NCBI GenBank assembly: GCA_040752915.1
Contig: JBFMHB010000004.1
Location: forward strand, 752-64,751
Direction of reading: 5' to 3'
DNA: 64,000 bases
From: Acidobacteriota bacterium
GTDB lineage: Bacteria > Acidobacteriota > UBA4820 > DSQY01
Shown: positions 36,527-44,703 of the stretch, piece after piece
Numbering within the stretch: the first letter of the stretch is position 1
Layout: every line of letters begins with the position of its first letter
Notes under the pieces: model-generated
The model's input: only the letters and a program-made list of their open reading frames with translations
What the model was told of the DNA's origin: nothing
The model's database searches: none
Program-made: the position numbers and the translations under genes

Positions 36527-38266
36527 ATGGGGCGAGACACCAAACGGGGGAGGGGGCGATGGGCATGGGCGGCGATGGCGATGTGCCTGCTGGGAACGGC
36601 GGCGAGGGCGGCGGATTGGTTCGTGACGCCCTCGGGCAGCGGCGGAGGCTCTCAGGGCAGCCCCTGTTCCCTGCAAACGGCGTTGAATTCGGCCGGGGGG
36701 GGTGACGTCCTCTACCTCGCCGGGGGAACCTATATGGGCGACATGAGCGGGAACGTGGCCCTGATCTCCCACTCCCTCTCCTTGCTCGGGGGGTGGGACG
36801 GGGCCGCCTCGGGCACCCCCGTTCGGGATCCAGGGGCCCATCCCTCCATCCTGGACGGCGAGGGCGTCCGGAGGTGTATCGTCGTGAACACGGGCCTGTC
36901 CGTCGTCCTCGACGGCCTCACGGTGCAGAACGGGTACGTGGAGGGCGAAGGGGGCGGCGTTTACGCGTACGGTTCGAACCTCACCGTCCAGAACTGCCGC
37001 TTCGAGAGCAACTACGCCTTCATCACGGGCTCGACCAACGCTTACGGCGGCGGCATTCGCCTCGTCAACGGCAACCTGACGGCGAGGGACAGCTTTTTTC
37101 TCTTCAACGACGCGTACTGCAACGGGTGCAGCGCCCCCCGGGGAGGCGGCATCTCGGTGTCGAGCCAGGGAAGCGTCGTGATCGAAGACTGCGAATTCCA
37201 GGGAAACGACTCCTGGCTGGGCGGCGGGCTGGACGTGTACAGCACAGGCGGGGGCTCGCTCCTCATCGAGGATTCGCTCTTCCTTCAGAATGGTCTGAGC
37301 ACCAGCGTGGGGATCGGCACCACCGGATACGCGGGCGGTGTGTACATGGCGGGAGTCCCGGCCACCCTGACGGGCTGCGTCTTTCGGGAGAACGAGGCCG
37401 GCAACGACGCGGGCGCCATACGGGCCGTGGGCGGCGGGCTCACCTTCACCGTGGATCGCTGTTGGTTCCTGGACAACGAAGGGTACTCCGCCCCCGGAAT
37501 CCAGGTCCTCTCGGGCACCCTGGTGCTGACGAACTCGGTCCTGGCGCGGAACCGGTCCGGGTGGTTTCCCCAGGCCGCCGTGAACCTGCTCAGCAACTCC
37601 GAGGCCCTTCTGGACCACGTGACCTTCTCCGAGAACCGAAACGAAAACGGAGGCTACGCCGTGGAGACGGAAGGGGAATCCACGGCATCCCTCGAGAACG
37701 TGATCGTGGCGGGCCATTCGGTGGGCCTGTTCGCCAACTCGATGACCACCATCACGGCCGACGGAGTCCTGTGGGGGACCGGCGCATGGGCCAACGACGC
37801 CGAGACCGGCGGGAGCGGCACGGTCACGGTGGGCTCCACCACCGTCTCGGGGGACCCGGCCTTCTTGGACCCTGCGAACGGCGACTATCACATCGGCTCG
37901 TCGTCGGCGGCGGTGGACCACGGCATCGATTCGGGGGTCCACCACGACATCGACGGGAATCCCCGCCCCATCGGCGCCACCGTGGACCTGGGCGCGGACG
38001 AATACGCGCCGCCGCCGGTCGTCACGAGCATCCTCAAGAAGGTCAACCCCTTTCGCTTCATCGTGAACGGCAGCAACCTCCAGGAGGGAATCCGGGTCTA
38101 CATCAACGGCGTGGAGTGGAACAACCTCACGCGCAAGAGCGCCGCCAAGGTCGTTCTGAAGGGGGGCGCGGCCCTCAAGGCGGCTTTGCCGAAGAACACG
38201 GCGGCCACCCTCCGCTTCGTCAACCCCGACGGGGGCGAGGCGACCCTCAACTGGCAGTGGCCGTGA
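36527..38266 (+). CDS. Secreted right-handed parallel beta-helix repeat protein
   Basis: 579 aa with a signal peptide (LLGTAARAAD). It has repeated G-G-G-[IV] / N-x-F-x-x-N beta-helix rungs and a C-terminal HDIDGNPRPIGATVDLGADEY block. Confidence 0.7.
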   Translation: MGRDTKRGRGRWAWAAMAMCLLGTAARAADWFVTPSGSGGGSQGSPCSLQTALNSAGGGDVLYLAGGTYMGDMSGNVALISHSLSLLGGWDGAASGTPVRDPGAHPSILDGEGVRRCIVVNTGLSVVLDGLTVQNGYVEGEGGGVYAYGSNLTVQNCRFESNYAFITGSTNAYGGGIRLVNGNLTARDSFFLFNDAYCNGCSAPRGGGISVSSQGSVVIEDCEFQGNDSWLGGGLDVYSTGGGSLLIEDSLFLQNGLSTSVGIGTTGYAGGVYMAGVPATLTGCVFRENEAGNDAGAIRAVGGGLTFTVDRCWFLDNEGYSAPGIQVLSGTLVLTNSVLARNRSGWFPQAAVNLLSNSEALLDHVTFSENRNENGGYAVETEGESTASLENVIVAGHSVGLFANSMTTITADGVLWGTGAWANDAETGGSGTVTVGSTTVSGDPAFLDPANGDYHIGSSSAAVDHGIDSGVHHDIDGNPRPIGATVDLGADEYAPPPVVTSILKKVNPFRFIVNGSNLQEGIRVYINGVEWNNLTRKSAAKVVLKGGAALKAALPKNTAATLRFVNPDGGEATLNWQWP

Positions 38267-38455
38267 GGGAATGGAGACGGAAGCCGTGGAGAGGCCCGGA
38301 CAGAGGGGCGAAAGCCCATACCTGTCCACGGCTCCTCGTCCCGTTGATTCGTTGATTCGCCAGCCGGGTTCCCGGTCTCCCCGCGAGGGCGGGCCGGGGA
38401 ACAGGGGGCACGCCAGGAACGCGAGGCGGAAGGATACCGGATCGGGGAGGCCGTC

Positions 38456-40165
38456 TTGAGGGGAAACGCCAGGTTCTTCTGGGGCCTTCTCGTCGTGGTC
38501 CTCGTCCTGACGGGCGTGACCCAGATTTTCGAGTGGGAACGGCCCGGGGGCCCCGGTCTCCCGAGCCCGGAGCTGGGAGACCTCCCCCTCTACGTGGCCC
38601 ACTCCCTGATCCGGATCGTGGCGGCCTACGCCTGCGCCCTCCTCTTCTCCCTCCCGTACGGGTACTACGCCGCCGTGCGGCCCCGGGCGGGCAGGATCCT
38701 CCTGCCGATCCTCGACATCCTCCAGTCCATCCCCGTCCTGGGGTTCTTCCCCGCCGCCGTATATTTCTTCATCGCCCTGGCGGGAGGGAGCCGCCTGGGC
38801 ATCGAGATGGCCTCGGTCTTCCTCATCTTCACCAGCCAGGCCTGGAACATGGCCTTCGGGGTCTACGAGTCCTGCTCCACCGTCCCGGAAGACCTGAAGG
38901 ACGCGGCCCGCTCCCTTGGGCTGGGAGCGGCCTCGACCTACCGAAGCCTGTATTTTCCCGCCTCGATTCCCCGGCTGGTCTACAACTCCATGCTCTCCTG
39001 GGCGGGCGGATGGTACTTCCTCATCGCCTGCGAGATCATCACCGTGGGCCCCGTCACGTACAACCTGCCCGGCCTCGGGTACTTCCTGGCGCGCACCACG
39101 GAGGAGGGCCGCCTGGGCCATACCTTCGCGGGCATCGGGGTCCTCCTGACGATCATCGTCGTGGTGGACGTCCTCTTCTGGAGGCCCCTCACGGCCTGGT
39201 CGACCCAGTTCCGGTACGAAATGGCCGTGTCCTCCACGGAGAGAACCATCGGCGCGGTCCGGAAGCCCCTGAGGGGCGGGCCCGTCGTTCGGCAGGTTCG
39301 CATCCTGGCCCGCCGGGGGGCGAGCAAGGCCTGGAGGACCGTGCGCCACGGGGTGGAAGCCGCCGGAGGGTGGATCGGCCGCCGTTCCCTGCCGCGGAAG
39401 GTGGGGCGCCTCCTCTGGCGCCTCGTGGGCCTCGCGGCGGGCCTCGGCTTCGCCTCCGTCCTGGTCTGGGCGGGCTTCTCCGTCACGAAGGTGCTGTTGG
39501 GTCCGTGGCCTCGGGAGGCGCGGGAGCTCCCCCTGGCCATGGTCTTTTCCACTTTCCGGATGCTGGCGGCCTACCTCATTTCCCTGGCGTGGACCGTTCC
39601 CGTCGCCGTGTGGGCCGGGAACAGCCGTCGGGTGATGCAGTTCGTGCGGCCCCTGGCCCAGATCGGGGCCTCCCTTCCCGCCACGGCGCTCTTTCCCCTC
39701 ATGGTGTACCTGGTGATCCGGTACGCGGGCGGCATGAACGTGGCCTCCGTGCTCCTCATCCTCACCGGGATGCAGTGGTACCTCCTCTTCAACCTCCTCT
39801 CGGGGGTGGACGGCATCCCCAGGGAGCTGAAGGAGGCGGCCCTCTCCCTGGGCCTGACCCGCTGGCAGACCTTCCGGAGCCTCACCTTTCCCGCCATCCT
39901 GCCGGCCCTCATCACGGGGAGCGTCACGGGCTGGGGCGGGGGGTGGAACGCCCTCATCGTCTCCGAGTACTTCAAGTACGCCCACGAGGTCCACACGGTC
40001 ACGGGCATCGGAGCGGCCCTCGACCGGGCCACCTACGAACTGGGGGACGTGCGTCTCATGGTCCTGGCGCTCCTCACGATGGTGACGGTGATCGTCCTGA
40101 TGAACCATTTCTTCTGGAGGCGCCTCTACACCTTCGCTTCCGAGCGCTTCCGCGTAGAACTATGA
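38456..40165 (+). CDS. ABC transporter permease, duplicated (two fused BPD-type domains; nitrate/sulfonate/bicarbonate-like)
   Basis: 569 aa with a TTG start after GGGGAGG. Two homologous halves each carry an EAA-like loop (DLKDAARSLGL, ELKEAALSLGL). Confidence 0.75.
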   Translation: MRGNARFFWGLLVVVLVLTGVTQIFEWERPGGPGLPSPELGDLPLYVAHSLIRIVAAYACALLFSLPYGYYAAVRPRAGRILLPILDILQSIPVLGFFPAAVYFFIALAGGSRLGIEMASVFLIFTSQAWNMAFGVYESCSTVPEDLKDAARSLGLGAASTYRSLYFPASIPRLVYNSMLSWAGGWYFLIACEIITVGPVTYNLPGLGYFLARTTEEGRLGHTFAGIGVLLTIIVVVDVLFWRPLTAWSTQFRYEMAVSSTERTIGAVRKPLRGGPVVRQVRILARRGASKAWRTVRHGVEAAGGWIGRRSLPRKVGRLLWRLVGLAAGLGFASVLVWAGFSVTKVLLGPWPREARELPLAMVFSTFRMLAAYLISLAWTVPVAVWAGNSRRVMQFVRPLAQIGASLPATALFPLMVYLVIRYAGGMNVASVLLILTGMQWYLLFNLLSGVDGIPRELKEAALSLGLTRWQTFRSLTFPAILPALITGSVTGWGGGWNALIVSEYFKYAHEVHTVTGIGAALDRATYELGDVRLMVLALLTMVTVIVLMNHFFWRRLYTFASERFRVEL

Positions 40166-40192
40166 GCCTGACTGTGTTAGAGTGACTCGGCC

Positions 40193-40945
40193 ATGGGGAA
40201 TCTCCTGGAACTGACCAACGTGACCCACGCCTTCCCGTACGCCAAGGGCATGCTCCCGGCTTTCGAGGACGTCTCCTTTTCGCTGGCGGAAGGGGAGTTC
40301 GCCGCCATCGTGGGGCCCTCGGGTTGCGGCAAGAGCACGCTCATGCGCGTCATCCACGGGCTCATCCGCCCCACGGCGGGCGTGGTGACCTACAAGGGCC
40401 GGGAAGTCGTCGGCGTCAACACCGAGCTGGCCATGGTCTTCCAGTCCTTCGCCCTCCTGCCCTGGCTCACGGTCGTGCAAAACGTGGAGCTGGGCATGGA
40501 GCCCAGGGGGGTTCCACCGAAGGAGAGGCGCCGCCGGGCCGTTTTCTACCTGGACAAGGTGGGCCTGGACGGCTTCGAAGAGGCCTACCCCCGCGAGCTC
40601 TCGGGCGGGATGAAGCAGAGGGTCGGCCTCGCCCGGGCCCTGGCCCTGGAGCCCGTGATCCTCCTCATGGACGAGCCTTTCTCCTCCCTGGACGCCCTCA
40701 CCGCGGCCTCCCTGCGCGAGGAGGTCATCGACCTCTGGAAGGACCGCGAAATCCCCGTGAACACCCTCATCATGGTCACCCACATCATCGAGGAAGCCGT
40801 GGAACTCGCCGATCGCATCCTCATCTTCAACGGGCACCCGGGCCGCCTCGTGGAGGATCGGCCCGTGGACCTGCCGCGTCCCCGGAACCGGCGCGACTCG
40901 CACTTCGCCGATTTCGTGGACCGGGTTTTCGAGAAGATCGCCTGA
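40193..40945 (+). CDS. ABC transporter ATP-binding protein (NitT/TauT-like)
   Basis: Walker A GPSGCGKST, signature LSGGMKQRVGLARAL, Walker B ILLMDEPFS. Confidence 0.9.
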   Translation: MGNLLELTNVTHAFPYAKGMLPAFEDVSFSLAEGEFAAIVGPSGCGKSTLMRVIHGLIRPTAGVVTYKGREVVGVNTELAMVFQSFALLPWLTVVQNVELGMEPRGVPPKERRRRAVFYLDKVGLDGFEEAYPRELSGGMKQRVGLARALALEPVILLMDEPFSSLDALTAASLREEVIDLWKDREIPVNTLIMVTHIIEEAVELADRILIFNGHPGRLVEDRPVDLPRPRNRRDSHFADFVDRVFEKIA

Positions 40946-40957
40946 AGGAGCCGGAAC

Positions 40958-41449
40958 ATGGACGTGGACCCACTGCCCCAATCCGAAATCAGCAAAGTCC
41001 TGGGCCTCCTGGAAATCCTGGAGGACCACGGCGGCAAGGAGGACATCTACAAGCTCGCCCGGGAACTGCACTACGAATCGAGCGACCTCGTGGAGGTCAT
41101 CCGGGGCGCCGAACTGCTGGGCCTGGTGACGACTCCGGGGGGCGACGTGGAGCTGCTGGACGCCGGGCGCCGGATCAACGCCGGCGACCAGAACGCCATC
41201 AAGGCGCTCCTCAAGGAGCGCATGCTCAAGATCCCCATCTTTGAGTACTTCAAGAAAATGCTCGAGGGCGAGGAAGACCACCGGATGTCCAGAAAGGACC
41301 TTCTCGACGAACTCGCCCGCATCCTTCCCAAGACCAATCCCGACCAGCAGTTTCACGCCCTCGTGGCCTGGGGGCGTTACGCCGAGATCTTCGGCTACAA
41401 CCGAGATCACGACCTCTTCTACCTCGACGAGGGTCAGACCCTGGAGTAG
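40958..41449 (+). CDS. Stand-alone AAA-associated-domain protein (usually the C-terminal extension of NitT/TauT ATPases)
   Basis: 163 aa. LLEILEDHGGKEDIYKLARELH ... AWGRYAEIFGY resembles the C-terminal AAA-associated domain family. Confidence 0.55.
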   Translation: MDVDPLPQSEISKVLGLLEILEDHGGKEDIYKLARELHYESSDLVEVIRGAELLGLVTTPGGDVELLDAGRRINAGDQNAIKALLKERMLKIPIFEYFKKMLEGEEDHRMSRKDLLDELARILPKTNPDQQFHALVAWGRYAEIFGYNRDHDLFYLDEGQTLE

Positions 41450-41463
41450 CCGCCGGTTTGGCT

Positions 41464-41554
41464 GGGGAGTTGGGGAGACGGCAGGGGAGTAGCTGAGTAA
41501 GCGAGTAAGTGAGTAGGTGAGTAGGTGAGTAGGTAAGTAGGCAAGTAGGGGAGG
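41464..41554. repeat. 8-nt tandem array (GGGGAGTT.., then GAGTAGGT x ~7)
   Basis: GAGTAAGC GAGTAAGT GAGTAGGT GAGTAGGT GAGTAGGT AAGTAGGC AAGTAGGG are in register at 41495-41550. Confidence 0.9.
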
Positions 41555-41673
41555 CGGGGAAGGCCCTTAGGGAGTCCATTTCGGCGTCTCCGCGCCACGC
41601 GGTGAAAGCCCATCGCGGGGGGCCACATCCTGAAAGGAAGCCAGGAGGCCGCCCGCCCCGCGGATTTCGCTCC

Positions 41674-44437
41674 CGTTTCGCGTCCAACGTCTGACGTTTT
41701 TCTTTTCTCGTCTGTCTTCTCTCGTGCTAACATGAGCCATGGCGCGTTGTTCGGGCTGCGGGAGGTCCCTCCACGAGGGCCTGCATTCCTGTCCGTCCTG
41801 CGGGGGCACGGCGGTTCCGGCGCGCATCGAGCGGGGCCTCCAGCCCCTCCGCGAGCCGGGTGACCTTCTCGAGGGGCGCTACCGAATCGAACGAGTCTTG
41901 GGCACGGGGGCCTCGGGCGTGGTCTACGGCGTCATCGACGAACTGGCCCGAACCCGTGTGGCGCTCAAGCTCCTCTGGGACCGTCCCGAGGAGGGAGACG
42001 GCACCCTCGAACGGCTGAGGCGGGAGATCAAGGCCTCCCTGCGGGCTCCCCATCCCCACCTTCTCCCGATCCACGACCTGATCCTGGTGGAGGAGCGGCC
42101 GGCGCTCCTGATGGAGTGGGTGGAGGGGGAGACGCTCCGAGATCGAATCCGAAGGGAGGGTGGGCTCCCCCATCGGGAGGCCGAGTCCGTGGCCGTTTGC
42201 ATCCTGGCGGCCCTCTCCCACCTTCACGGCCTGGGCGTTCTCCACCGAGACGTGAAGAGCGGGAACGTCCTTGTGGGAGCCGACGGATCGGTCAAGCTGG
42301 GAGATTTCGGTCTGGCCAAGGGCGAAGACCTAGGAGAGAGCCTGACGCTCACGGGCGTGGCCCTGGGAACGCCGGGGTACATGGCTCCGGAGGTCATCCG
42401 TGGGGGTGAGGCTTCGGTGCGCTCGGACCTCTACGGCGTCGGCGCGGTTCTCTTCGAAATGCTGGCGGGGCACGTGCCCTTCCAGGGGACGAACAGCCTG
42501 GAGGTGGCCAGCCGCCAGCTCGCCGAGGAGCCGCCCTACCACCTTCTCAGGTCCCGGGGCGTGCCGAGGTGGCTGGTGCAAGTGACCGGACGCCTCCTTG
42601 CGCGGGATCCCTCGGACCGCTACGCCTCCGCCGGGGAGGTCCTGCAGGCCCTGAAGGGCCGGTCGGCGGGCTTCTACTTTCCCCGGGTCTGGCGGCGGAG
42701 GGTCCTGGCGGCGGGTCTGGCCGCGGCCCTCGGAGGGCTCGGGTGGGGCCTCCTGGCGTGGCGGGAGGGGGGGAGCGACCTCACGACGGTCATCCAGGGG
42801 AAGCGCCTGGAGGTCCGGGACCGAAAGGGTCGGATGGTCTGGTCCCGGACATTCGACCGGCCCATCTGCTCTGCGCACTATGGCCGCTTCGGGCCGGAGG
42901 GGAGCGGTGCCGTGGCCGTTTCCTTCATGCCGACAGAGGAGACCCCCACCCTCTTCGGCAGTGATGAAGGCCGGACGTGGATCGAATGCTTCGACAGGAG
43001 CGGCCGCCCCTGGTCGCGGTTCCAGCTTTTCATGACCGACATCCCCTTCAGCCAGCGCTTCGTCGTAACCCTCGATTCCCACGTCTTCCGGAAGGGAGAG
43101 CCGGCGTGTCTGGTGGCCCGGGGCGTCCACGCCACCTGGTACCCCTCCGTTCTGAGCGTGTTTCGGATCCGGCGCGGAATGCAAGTAGATCACACCACCG
43201 CTCTCCCCCTCCTCAGCGTGGAGAACTCCGGCCACATCTCCCGATGGACCTACGCCGACCTCCACGGAGACGGCGTGGACGAGATCGTCTACGCCTGCGT
43301 CAACAACCGCCTCTTTCGTGCCCTTTTCGTGGGGGCCGTGGCTCTGAGAAGGGAAATGGGAGCAGAAGCGGCCATGGTCTCCTCCCCCGACTGCTCCGTG
43401 GACCCGCTGGACCATCCCATTTTCTACCGGTGCGTGGGCTTCGACAGCTACGACCGCATGACCTTCGGAAAGGCCGGGCCCCGGGGCGTCCTGCTCTTCG
43501 TGGACCCCGAGAGGCAGATCCGGAGGCTTGTTTCGCCGGAAGGCGACCTGGAGGATGAGGGAGAAGCGCTCTTTCCCCCTTCCCGACAGCTTTCGTCCTT
43601 CAACGGGCTGATCTTCCGCCTCGTCCAGCACCGGGAGGCCGGCCGGTGGGCGGATATGCTGGAGCTGTGCGAAAAGGAGTGGCCCGGGAACACTCCCGGC
43701 CCCTACGGCTACCTGGGCCGGCTCTTCCAGGCCTCGGCCCTCATCGGCCTCGGCCGGTACCGGGAGGCCCTCTCCCTCGCGGAGGCACCGCCGCCCCCCG
43801 GCCCTTCGACGCCGGCGCCCCGCTACCTGGAGCAGATCCGCGCCGACGCCCTCTTCTTTACGGGAGATTACCAGGGGTGCCAGAAGGCGGTGGACGAATC
43901 CTTCGCCGCGCCCCGTTTCGCCCGCATGGAAGTGGGGCAGACGGGTCTCTGGGCCGCCCTGTACGCCGGCGACGAGGTCTGGGGCCGGCGCCTCGTGGGG
44001 AGCGACCCCATCCGTGTTTTCGAGTGGTACGTGGACCTCTACCCCGGCATCGCCGCCTATTTGCGCGGGGACTTCGAAGAGGCCGAGCGCCGCTTCCGCC
44101 TCTCCTACGCCTCCGACGCCGGGGGCAAGGTGACGGAGCCGGGACTCTGGCTCACCGATGCCCTTCTGAGGCGGGGCCGGGCGGCCGAGGCCCGAAAGAT
44201 CTTTGATGTGCTTTCAAAGACCTTTCCCGGTGAGCACCTCCAAGAGGGTGAACTGGGTCTCTTTCTGAGGTTCCGCGAAGGGACATCTCCCGCCCTTCTG
44301 GTGCCCGCCTTCGACGGCCTCCTGGCCCGGCGCCGCCTGGAGGCGGCCACCGAACCCGAGGCCCGGGCCCTGCTCCCCCTCACCCTCGCCCGATCCGCCG
44401 CCCTCCACCGCGCCGCCGGCGACCTGCCCGCCGCCCG
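41674..44437 (+). repeat. Tandem duplication, copy 1 (unit offset 2978 bp)
   Basis: All six-frame ORFs inside are identical to those shifted by +2978. The only mismatch I found within the block is 41701/44679. The first 3' mismatches are 44438/47416 and 44459/47437. Confidence 0.9.
41675..41725. repeat. 7-nt array (GTCYNAC family) abutting kinase copy 1 start
   Basis: GTTTCGC GTCCAAC GTCTGAC GTTTTTC TTTTCTC GTCTGTC TTCTCTC. Confidence 0.8.
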
Positions 44438-44540
44438 ACGCCTCGAGGCCGAAGCCCGCCGCCTCGCCCCCCCTTCCTGGAAGGCCGCGCTTGAAATGGG
44501 CGGACGAGGTGGAGAAGGGAGCGGAGAGGGGAGGAAGTGA
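41739..44540 (+). CDS. Membrane Ser/Thr protein kinase, copy 1 (Zn-ribbon, Hanks kinase, TM, large extracytoplasmic domain, TPR-like C-terminus)
   Basis: 933 aa. CSGCG..CPSCGG; GTGASGVVY, ALK, HRDVKSGNVLV, DFGLAKG, GTPGYMAPE; TM VLAAGLAAALGGLGWGLLAW. Confidence 0.9.
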   Translation: MARCSGCGRSLHEGLHSCPSCGGTAVPARIERGLQPLREPGDLLEGRYRIERVLGTGASGVVYGVIDELARTRVALKLLWDRPEEGDGTLERLRREIKASLRAPHPHLLPIHDLILVEERPALLMEWVEGETLRDRIRREGGLPHREAESVAVCILAALSHLHGLGVLHRDVKSGNVLVGADGSVKLGDFGLAKGEDLGESLTLTGVALGTPGYMAPEVIRGGEASVRSDLYGVGAVLFEMLAGHVPFQGTNSLEVASRQLAEEPPYHLLRSRGVPRWLVQVTGRLLARDPSDRYASAGEVLQALKGRSAGFYFPRVWRRRVLAAGLAAALGGLGWGLLAWREGGSDLTTVIQGKRLEVRDRKGRMVWSRTFDRPICSAHYGRFGPEGSGAVAVSFMPTEETPTLFGSDEGRTWIECFDRSGRPWSRFQLFMTDIPFSQRFVVTLDSHVFRKGEPACLVARGVHATWYPSVLSVFRIRRGMQVDHTTALPLLSVENSGHISRWTYADLHGDGVDEIVYACVNNRLFRALFVGAVALRREMGAEAAMVSSPDCSVDPLDHPIFYRCVGFDSYDRMTFGKAGPRGVLLFVDPERQIRRLVSPEGDLEDEGEALFPPSRQLSSFNGLIFRLVQHREAGRWADMLELCEKEWPGNTPGPYGYLGRLFQASALIGLGRYREALSLAEAPPPPGPSTPAPRYLEQIRADALFFTGDYQGCQKAVDESFAAPRFARMEVGQTGLWAALYAGDEVWGRRLVGSDPIRVFEWYVDLYPGIAAYLRGDFEEAERRFRLSYASDAGGKVTEPGLWLTDALLRRGRAAEARKIFDVLSKTFPGEHLQEGELGLFLRFREGTSPALLVPAFDGLLARRRLEAATEPEARALLPLTLARSAALHRAAGDLPAARRLEAEARRLAPPSWKAALEMGGRGGEGSGEGRK

Positions 44541-44596
44541 GGGAGTGAAGAAGTCGCGAAGTGAAGAAGTGAGAAGGGGAAGGTAGGGAGGGAGGC
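44535..44596. repeat. 8-nt purine-rich array (GAAGTGAN family)
   Basis: GAAGTGAG GGAGTGAA GAAGTCGC GAAGTGAA GAAGTGAG AAGGGGAA GGTAGGGA. It contains the copy 1 stop codon (44538-44540). Confidence 0.85.
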
Positions 44597-44610
44597 CCAC
44601 TTGGCGTGGC

Positions 44611-44703
44611 GTCTCCCATCTCCCGTCTCCTGTCTCCCGTCTCGCGTCCAACGTTTCGCGTCCAACGTCTGACGTTTTCCTTTTCTCGTCTGTCTTCTCT
44701 CGT
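44611..44703. repeat. 7-nt pyrimidine-rich array (GTCTCCC / GTCCAAC family), 13 units
   Basis: GTCTCCC ATCTCCC GTCTCCT GTCTCCC GTCTCGC GTCCAAC GTTTCGC GTCCAAC GTCTGAC GTTTTCC TTTTCTC GTCTGTC TTCTCTC. It ends 13 nt before ATG 44717. Confidence 0.9.

Noticed and set aside
38335-38352. CGTTGATT CGTTGATT duplication after the beta-helix gene
   Set aside because: It has only two units and is not clearly part of the array families.
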